A stretch of DNA of 64,000 nucleotides. Source: Chiloscyllium plagiosum (lineage: Eukaryota). Position 1 is the stretch's first letter. Each line of letters starts with the position of its first letter. Positions 55,030 to 64,000 of this stretch are shown here, piece after piece. The stretch lies in contig NC_057717.1 in assembly GCF_004010195.1 (NCBI RefSeq), positions 106,881,945 to 106,945,944 on the forward strand, read 5' to 3'. A program made the position numbers and the translations under genes. The notes beneath the pieces are model-generated. The model did no database searches. It was not told the origin of the DNA and saw only the letters and a program-made list of their open reading frames with translations.

Positions 55030-55360
55030 AATAGAATTGAATTTCTACAGTGTGGAAACAGGCTATTTAGCCCAACCAGTCCACACCAAGCCTTTGAAGA
55101 CCATCCCTCCAGGATCCATCACCCTGCATTTCCAATGGCTATCACACCTAACGTACACATCCCTGAACATTATGGATAATTTAGCATGGTCAATCTACGT
55201 GCACATCTTTGGACTGTAGGAGGAAATCAGAGCACCCAGCAGGAACCCTCACAAACTTGGGGAGAATGTGCAAACTCCACACAGATAGTTGCCTGAGGGT
55301 GGAATTGAACCCGGGTCCCTGGTGCTGTTAGGCAGCAGTGCTGACCACTGTGCCACCCCA
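55030..55360 (-). mobile_element. HE1-like SINE
   Basis: Reverse copy. Confidence 0.8.
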
Positions 55361-55614
55361 TGACTGCTGGTGCTTGGTCCTACTGAGGGATGGGTTGCAG
55401 TCCCTAGTCATTTTATGGTGGACTTAAAATCTTTTAAGTGTATTGCATTCATTCCTAAAGTTTTTGAGAAAAGTAAATGAACATCATCCCTCCAGGTATG
55501 ACCACCTGGAAACAAGCTGTAATGAAGGAGCACTAGGATGGAGGGCAGGATGAATTAATTTCTACCAAGAGATGAAGGCTTCAGTGGATGGCTGCAATGG
55601 CAATTGAAACCAAG

Positions 55615-55835
55615 AGATAACGTTTGCATTTCTATAGCACCTTTCACAGGACTGTCCCAGGTGTTTTACAGATGGTGAAGTACCTTTTGAAGTCTAGTCA
55701 CTGCTGTAAGGTAGGAAACACAGCAGTTCATTTTCACACAGTAAACTTCCACAAATAGCAATGATGATATTTTATGTCAGTTGAGGGATGAATATTAGCT
55801 ATGATTTCAGGGGGAACTCACCTGCTCTTCTTCAA
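55615..55835 (-). mobile_element. Ancient Deu-domain-like SINE fragment
   Basis: ttgcatttctatagcacctttc...gaagtctagtcactgctgtaag resembles the DeuSINE core (recalled). Confidence 0.45.
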
Positions 55836-56211
55836 AATAGACATTAAAGTTCTATGACACTGTTTGAGAGAGCAGACAGGATACCATTTCTGTGTGTGTG
55901 TGTGTGTGTGTGCACATAGTTTTGCTTTTGTGTGTGCATAGCATTGTTTTTGTTTGTGTGCATATTCTGTTTGTGTATCTGTGTGAGTAATTCAATTTGT
56001 GTCTGCATGTGTAGCTTTGTTTGCAAGTGCATGCCTAATGTGTGTAGCACTTTTTATTATGTGTAGCATTGTTTTTGTCTAACTTTTTAAAAAAGTAAAC
56101 AAAATGGTAGATTCAGAGGACTTCTAAGAGAATAAAGCCTGCAGTTTTGAACAAGCAACAACAGACTTGATACAAAGTTAGCACAATAATACATCAACAA
56201 TAAATGTACAG

Positions 56212-56217
56212 TTTATT
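56212..56217 (-). terminator. Candidate polyadenylation signal of the IL27RA-like gene
   Basis: Minus-strand AATAAA followed by a GT/T-rich tract (tgtacatttattgttgatgt), about 2 kb after the stop. Confidence 0.4.
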
Positions 56218-57704
56218 AACCCAGATTAACACTCAATAAACATGGACAATAGAGTGATTAAACACCCCCCCCCCTCCCCCACACACACATCAAATTGCAA
56301 GTTTGATCAAGACAGACCTGATAGATTGCTCAGTTATGGCAGACATTGGTATATGTCAATCTCATTAAATGTCACAAGGGGTGACAATTCTTCACTTTTT
56401 GCTGATCTATCTTTGAAATTTCCTCTTGAGAACTGCTCCATCATGGACTGCCTCATTAATTGAATGAGTTTTAGTTAATTGCCCTCCTTTCTTGGACATT
56501 CACTCCCCACTGAACTCTGAAACTGCTTTCCTGTACTTGTTCACATGCATAATTCCAGCTCTTTACAGTCACCTGGCCTAGCCTAGCTTAGCCGGAGCCC
56601 CCCCACAGCTCTTAGGACATCCCTCTGCCCTCACGTGACAAAATTTTTGTACAGGAAAGAGATGAATATGTTATCTCTGACAGTCCCCCTCCCATCCTCT
56701 GACTCAACTGTAACTTTTGAACTCCCCTTTTTAATCCCAAATTATCCTGAGTGATCTTTTGAAAACCTCACAATAGGCCCCTCCATTATTGTTGGGTAGA
56801 ATTGAAAATTGCTACCTATTAACTCTTGGAACTGTTCCATGAACATTACCAATTATAGATTGCTGGCGTGCTCAGCACAAATAGAGGATTTAATGGCATT
56901 GTGCAACGGCAGCTCATGTACAGACTGTTGTGTGCACAAATAGCCCATATAAGTCCAGCGCCTGTGCCTGAAATAAGAGCCTACCACCAGGAAGCTTCCC
57001 GTTATTTGATTATGAAATATTTGATTATGAAATAGACACTGCCAAATGTTTCTTGAAACCTCAGCGTCTGCATTAACCTGTTGTTGTCAGAGTACCAGTT
57101 TAAGAAAATTATTTCATCATCTTTTTATAATTTCATTTTAAGATCTTTACTATTGGGTATTATGCAGTTCTTTAAAAATATTGAAACTGATGTTCATAAG
57201 ACATTCAGGGCCTTGGGAATATTGGATAGCTACCAATCCCAGTGTTGGAAAACAGAACGGGCAATGGAGAATAGAGAGCTACAGGCTTCCAGCATGAACA
57301 GGAGACAGCTCCTGATGACTTCACCAAAGTAAGGAAAGTGCATGGAACGGGACAATAATTTTGCAACACTTTCTTTGAAGTATTCGATGAGTAAAACCAA
57401 GAGATGGAGGTTTAGCTTCAGAATGTTCTGTGTCAAAATGACCAGATAAGATTTCTCAGTCAGGTCCTAAACCTGAAATTATGTAAGAAAAGTTTCAATG
57501 CTGCAGGAGGACAACATGGATTTCATAGAACCCTGAGTTTAATCACAAAATTGTGATAGCACATTTGGTCTATTGATGAGTCCATTGGTTTCCTTTGTTG
57601 CCTTTCTCATCAGACTTGCTACACTTGTGACTTCAGAGGGCTGAGGTCAGCTGCAATGCAGGTTACTTTGAATAACATTCGAGATTGTCTGGTGTTCCAT
57701 CCTC

Positions 57705-58180
57705 AGAGTAGGAGAATCAACGTTTCAAACATAAGCTGAGCACAGGGGCTGAGAGATAAATGGGAGGGGGTGGGGCCTCGGGGGAAGGTAGCTAGGAATG
57801 CGATAGATAGAAGAAGGTGAGAGGGTGATGGTCATAGGTCGGAGTTCGGGGTGGAGCAGATAAGTGGGAAGGAAGATAGACAAGTGGGAAGGAAGATAGA
57901 CAGGTGGGACAGCTTCCTCATCTCCCCTCCCCCACCTCATCCCAGATCCAACCCTCCAACTTGCACCGCCCTCTTGAACAGTCCTACCTGTCCATTTTCC
58001 TTCCAACCTATCTGCTCCACCCTCCACTCCAACCTATTATCATTATCCCTTCACCTTCATCTAACTATCACAAACCTAGCTACCTCCTCCCAGCCCCAGC
58101 CCCATCCCATTTATCTGACCGGCTGTGCTTTTCCAGCAGCATACATTTTGACAGATATCCAGCATCTGCAGTCCTCACTT
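57705..58180. mobile_element. Same short repeat family inserted in the IL27RA-like 3'UTR
   Basis: ggagaatcaacgtttc...ccagcatctgcagtcctcactt ends; internal inverted purine/pyrimidine arms. Confidence 0.6.
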
Positions 58181-58194
58181 TATCCTGCTGAAGT

Positions 58195-58584
58195 TTAATG
58201 ATCGTCCTCAGTTCCCATCCACACCTTCCTGTCTGCTAACTGCCATTCATTATTAAGCACATCTGCTTCTGATGGCAAGAAGTGTTTCTCGTAACCAATT
58301 GAGGTGAGGGGTTTCACCATTAATGTTGTGCTGGTTTCTGGCTCTTCCACAAGTTTCTTTTCCAAACAAGTGGAGGCCTCTGGAGGTGCAGAATGACAAC
58401 TCATCCAGTAAGTATCTTCTGAGCTGCTGGGTCTGATGTCTTCTGCCAGAGTGGAATTGTTGTTTGTTGTGAATGGAACTTCAACCTTGATGTCAGTTTC
58501 AATCTGTAAGTCAGTTTCAATCTCTTCCAACTCATCAATTACTGGCTCCACTGGTACCTCACGATAGCTCGGAGGGTAATCATA
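58195..58584 (-). CDS. IL27RA: IL27RA-like type I cytokine receptor, last coding exon (cytoplasmic tail)
   Basis: Acceptor ttcgcag|TAT; YDYPPSYREVPVEPVIDELEEIE...SIGYEKHFLPSEAD...*. GYEKHFLP is the IL27RA/WSX-1 tyrosine motif (recalled). Confidence 0.78.
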   Translation of the reverse strand, partial: YDYPPSYREVPVEPVIDELEEIETDLQIETDIKVEVPFTTNNNSTLAEDIRPSSSEDTYWMSCHSAPPEASTCLEKKLVEEPETSTTLMVKPLTSIGYEKHFLPSEADVLNNEWQLADRKVWMGTEDDH

Positions 58585-59651
58585 CTGCGAATAGATAATC
58601 AATAATGATCAGTACTTCAAGTCAATGTTAGTTTCTCTTCTATGTCAAAAAATATAACTTATTCCATATATTTCGCAAAACTGCATTTTGAAGCTGTTTA
58701 AGTTTCAGTGTGGGGTTCAGGGATGGGGTTTAGTCTTGGGAATCCAAGTTGAGAGTCCAGGGTGGGGCTGTAGCATGAGGGTACAGGGGTGTAGGAAAGA
58801 TTCTATAAGGATAGTAAATATGTTGTAGATTTCAAATCCTTAGAATCAAAAGTGTTTTGGCGTCACAATATCAGAAATAATAGTTGATGCTTTCTCAGTT
58901 TGTGCTTCCCTATTATCAAGCGTGTGTTTTCTTGAAAGTGCTCTATATTCATCTCCTGAAGGTGGAGGCTCCCACTGAAACACAGGCTGTAAGTGTACAT
59001 GTCACACTACACGTTACCCATTCTCCCATAGAACCAAACATTACGCCATGTTCTGTTTGCAGTCTAAGTTGGTTCTACATAGTGTCAAACAAGCGAAAAT
59101 CAGGCCTGATTGACTAACAGCAGTTGATACACTTGATTCTCCAATCGAAGTTCAATTACTCATCACATCAGGTATACAGCTGGATTGATCTACAACAAGA
59201 ACATCAAAAACTTATATTTCTATAGCACTTTAAATGTCAATGCTGGAGCGTTATCAAGAGATAATCTGAGAGTGAGCCACAAAAGGCCATATTAGTGCAG
59301 CTAACCAAAAACTTAATTCAACAGATCGGATTTAAGAAATATTTTATAAGGGTAGTAAAGGAGAGTTGGAGAGGATTGTGGATAAAACTCTGGAGCTCAG
59401 GACTGAAATGCGCTCACCAGTTGTGGACTAATTAGAATCAGAAATCTGCAAGAGAAATTTAAAAAGTGCTGAGATGTGGGGAGGGTTATAAAGCTGCAGG
59501 AGGTAATGGGCACTGGGAGAAGGATGGCCATGGCAGAATTTGCACATGTGGATGAGAATTTTAAAATCACTGCATTGCCTGACTGGAAGTCAGTGTAGAT
59601 CAACAGGCTTGGGGTAAATGGAATGGTGTGTTAGGATACAACTGTCATTTT

Positions 59652-59956
59652 TAGATTAGATTACTTACAGTGTGGAAACAGGCCCTTCGGCCCAACAAGT
59701 CCACACCGACCCGCCGAAGTGTAACCCATCCAGACCCATTCTCCTACATTTACCCCTTCACCTATCACTACGGGCAATTTAGCATGGCCAATTCACCTAA
59801 CCTGCACATTTTTGGATTGTGGGAGGAAACCCACGCACCCGGAGGAAACCCACGCAGACACTGGGAGAATGCAAACTCCACACAGTCAGACGCCTGAGGC
59901 GGGAATTGAACCCAGGTCTCTGGCGCTGTGAGGCAGCAGTGCTAACCACTGCACCA
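59652..59956 (-). mobile_element. HE1-like SINE
   Basis: Reverse copy with (tagat)n tail. Confidence 0.85.
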
Positions 59957-61327
59957 TTTGGTGCAGATGCATCAAAATTGCTGTTGGGAAGCTCCAGGAT
60001 CTTGACCCAGTGTCAGTGTCAGACTGGTCAGATGTTTCCAAGTCAGGATGATGAGAGGCTTAGTGATGAACTTTCAGGTGGTGGGGTTCCCCATGTATCT
60101 GCTGCCCTTGTCATTTAGATTGTTAGAGATTGTGGGTTTAGAAGAAGCTGCTGAAGGAGCCTTGGTGAATTTCTGGAGTGCATTTGTAAATAGTACACAC
60201 TGTGCATTGGTCGTGAGGGAGTGAATGTTTGTGGATGTGGTGCCAATCAAGTTTGCTGCTTTGTCTGGGATGATGTCAGGCATCTTGAGTGTTGTTGGAG
60301 CTGCATTCATCCATCACTCTCCTGGTTTGTGTTTTTATCGATGGTGGACAGGCTTTGTGGAAACATAAGGTGAGGCAGTGTAAGGGTCCTCGACTCTGAC
60401 ATACTCTTGTAGCCACAGTTTTAATATGGCTTGCTATGCATCTAGTAATGGGGGGGGGGGGAGGGAGGAGGTGGATGTGCGTGCGTGTGTGTAAGTTCTG
60501 TGCATGTCAATCAGTATGCTGATCATGGCATCCAGAAATCATTGCCGCACATGGACTCTGGTGGTCCATGCAGCCAGAAGATTAGAGAGATCGCTGATAG
60601 CTAGTACAGTTCAGTTTCTGAACAATGAAAACTTCCAGAACATTGATTCCAGGGTAATGCCAATGATGGTAATGCCATTGAGTGTCAAGATGTAATGATT
60701 AGATTCTCTTTTGTTGGAAAGCTTATTCCAGTCAAAAAGAAGGACTCGATGGAAATGATGAGCTCTTCTTATTTAACAAAGGTGGTCAGGAGAGTATCCA
60801 ATCAAAATTAGGTGTAAAAAGTGGTGAAACCTCGTGGTATGTCAGAGGCTTAGAAAGTTTTAGGAACCAGCAGCGATGAGTATGAAGCAAATAAAGAAGG
60901 ACAAATTGATTACGAAAATAAATCGGCCAGAACTGTGAAAGCAAACAGCAAGTGCATCTACGGGCAAATAAAAAGAAAGCGAATAGCTAAATAAGTGTGG
61001 GACCCTTGGAGGATGCAACTGGGAAATCCATAACAAAAAATAGAGATAATTTAAACCAATAGTTTGCATTGGTCTTCACATCCTAAATGTAAGTAATATG
61101 CTAATGGGGTGGGGAAGATATCGTAACAGTCTCTTATCATGAGGGACAAGTATTTAATAAGTAATAAGTGTAAAGGCAGACAGGTTGCCAGACCTGATGA
61201 TCTGTTGTCAAGGAGAGGTAGTAAAGATACAGAGAATGTGATGCATTGTGTTCAGTTCTGGGCTTTTCATTGTCTTTACTTCTTACACTGTTAGAAAAAG
61301 TTTGATTAAAGGCATGAACATCCTTAC

Positions 61328-61381
61328 CTGCTCGTGCCCAACATTGCTGTTCCTTGGATCCGGAACTTTTTGGCAACACCA
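61328..61381 (-). CDS. IL27RA: IL27RA-like box1 exon (54 bp)
   Basis: cctcag|TGG...CAG|gtaagg encodes WCCQKVPDPRNSNVGHEQ (box1 VPDP-NS) and joins in phase 0 to the exon at 58584. Confidence 0.75.
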
Positions 61382-61969
61382 CTGAGGTAAGTAGAATGAG
61401 CTGCAGCTTTGTATTCTGAAAGGCATGCAGAAGGAAGAGATATTCAGAACCTTGAGTCTGTTCCATCATTTATCTGCCTTGGTTCCATAATCCTTTGTAT
61501 TTTTGAATCTCTACATTCTACTGATGTCAGTCTTAAAATGTTTATTTGACCCACAGCCTTTACAGTCTTTTACAGATTTCCACTCCCTCTTGTATGAAGA
61601 AATGCTTCCTGATGTTTCCTTGAAGGATCCAGTTCAAATATTAAAATTATGCACTCCCTTGTTCTAACTTCTTCTGATAGGGAAATGGACCACTTAGAAT
61701 TATCAGGAATATGCAGCATTGAAATAGACCATTCAGCCCAGCCAGTCCCTGCCAGTGTTTATGCTTCACATGATCTCCTCTCGCCCAATCAGAATGTTCT
61801 CTCCTCTTTTATCCTGCATGCCTTTCCCTAGCTCACCTATTCACTTTGGTGACTCCCTGTGGTAATTATTCCCACATTCTCACCATTCTGGCTGAAGAGA
61901 ATGTGTTTAAAATCTCCTCTTGTATACAATCTACTGAGCATCATTTAATATAGCAAATCGCAAAGTCGT

Positions 61970-63597
61970 AAAGAACATAGAACAATACAGCACAGAGCAG
62001 CCCCTTTGGCCATCGATGTTGCACCGACCTGTGAACTATTCTCGGCTCATCCCCCTACACTATCCCAAAATCATCCATGTGCTTTTCTAAGGATTGTTTA
62101 AATCTCCCTAATGTGGCTGAGTTGACTACATTAGCAGATAGGGCATTCCATGCCCTTAGCACTGTCTGTATAAAGAACCTGCCTCTGACATCTGTCTTAA
62201 ATCTATCACCCCTCAAATTGTAGTTATGCCCTCTCATACATGTTGATGTCATCATCCTAGGAAAAAAGACTCTAACTGTCTACCCTATCTAATCTTCTGA
62301 TCATCTTGTATGCCTCTATCAAATCCCCTCTTCGCCCTCTTCTTGCCAATGAGAACAGGCTCAAGTCTCTCAGCCTTTCTTATAAGACCTTCCCTCCAGT
62401 CCAGGCAACATCTTGGTAAATCTCCTCTGCACCTTTTCCAATGCTTCCACATCCTTCCTGAAATATGGGGACCAGAACTGTACACAATATTCAAAGTGTG
62501 GCCGCACCAGCGTTTTGTATAGTTGCAACATTATATTGCGGTTCCGGAACTCAATCCCTCTACCAATGAATCCTAACACACCGTATGCCTTCTTAACAGC
62601 ACTATCCACCTGGGTGGAAACCTTCAGGGATCTATGTACTTGGATTCCAAGATCCCTCTGCACATCCATCCTACCAAGAATCTTTACATCGACCCAGTAC
62701 TCTGCCTTCCTGTTATTCTTCCCAAAGTGTATCACCTCACATTTAGCTGCATTGAACTACATGTACAGCATAGAGATGTGCAGCACGGAAACAGACCCTT
62801 CGGTCCAACCCGTCCATGCTGACCAGATATCCCAACCCAATCTAGTCCCACCTGCCAGGACTCGGCCCATATCCCTCCAAACCCTTCCTATTCATTATAC
62901 CCATCCAGATGCCTTTTAAGTGTTGCAATTGTACCAGCCTCCACCACTTCCTCTGGCAGCCCATTCCACACACATACCACTCTCTGTGTGAAAAAGTTGC
63001 CCCTTAGTTCTCTTTTATATCTTTCCCCTCTCACCCTAAACCTATGCCCTCTAGTTCTGGACTCCCCCATCCTAGGCAAAAGACCTTGTTTATTTACCTT
63101 ATCCATGCCCTTCATGATTTTATAAACTTCTATAAGATCACCCCTTAGCCTTCGACGCTCCAGGGAAAACAGCCTCTCCCTATCAACATCTCCCTATAGC
63201 TCAAATCCTCCATCCCTGGCAATATCTTTGTAAATCTTTTCTGAAACCTTTCAAGTTTCACAACATCATCCCAATAGGAAGGAGACCAGAATTGCATGCA
63301 ATATTCCAACAGTAGCCTAACCACTATCCTGTACAGCCGCAACATGACCTCCCAACTCCTGTACTCAATACTCTGACAAATAAAGGAAAGCATACCAAGC
63401 GCCATCTTCACTATCCTATCTACCTGTGACTCCACTTTCAAGGAGCTATGAACCTGCACTCCAAGGTCTCTTTGTTCAGCAACACTCCCCAGGACCTTAC
63501 CATTTAGTGTATAAGTCCTGCTCTGATTTGCCTTCCCAAAATGCAGCACCTCGCATTTATCTGAATTAAACTCCATCTGCCACTCCTTAGCCCAACT
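61970..63597 (-). mobile_element. Two adjacent CR1 3' fragments (61970-62760, 62765-63597)
   Basis: LVRPHFEYCVQFWSPY; WAKEWQMEFNSDKCEVLHFG. Confidence 0.88.
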
Positions 63598-64000
63598 CCT
63601 TAAAAGTTTCACACAGTCAGTGACATGGGTGGTTGGAAAATATATTGTCATTTTTGGTGATGTAGTACACCACATTTTACTGGGCCAGAGATCATTTACT
63701 TAAGATTATGAAACTGATGAGCTAACCTGGCAAATTTAAACCTTCTCTACAATGTCTCCTCAGAAACTCAGTGCAGTACCTGTGCAATATCATCTGCAAA
63801 TTAGCAAGATGTTGATGGAGATTGCTGTACTACAAGACAGCAGTGAACCCTCTTGCTAATTAAACCAAACACTCAGAAAAGCTCACCTCGCCTCATAATC
63901 TGTTAAAGTATGAGTGACAGAGAACTCCCAAATTCCACTATTCAAAGAATATAATATCAGTTTATTCTTTAACTCCTAAAAGTGAACACTAAACAGCAAC

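Noticed and set aside
57230..57472. Possible extra coding exon after a donor at 58225
   Set aside because: All three frames after the 57472 acceptor hit early stops; the region is better explained as 3'UTR after the stop at 58195.

Overview
Vertebrate genomic DNA, most likely from a shark (inferred from HE1-like tRNA SINEs and abundant CR1 LINEs). Three spliced genes lie in tandem on the minus strand. (1) The 5' part of FBXW9 has 6 coding exons (10433->455) and runs off the left edge. (2) A complete transportin-2 gene (TNPO2) has 22 GT-AG coding exons (48572->20407, 886 aa). (3) The last two coding exons of an IL27RA-like cytokine receptor carry a box1 VPDP and a GYEKHFLP motif and are only partly visible in the ORF track. 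Notable extras: an intronic C/D box snoRNA in TNPO2 with a probable 18S rRNA guide; a 241-bp TNPO2 exon that appears to lack an intron present in human; a Penelope-like element with inverted ends; several short palindromic elements carrying minimal hammerhead ribozyme cores; a multi-level retrotransposon nest; a 1.2-kb strand-asymmetric minisatellite; and two CpG-island promoters. There are two assembly gaps. Comparisons with human genes and rRNA are from memory, not from searches.
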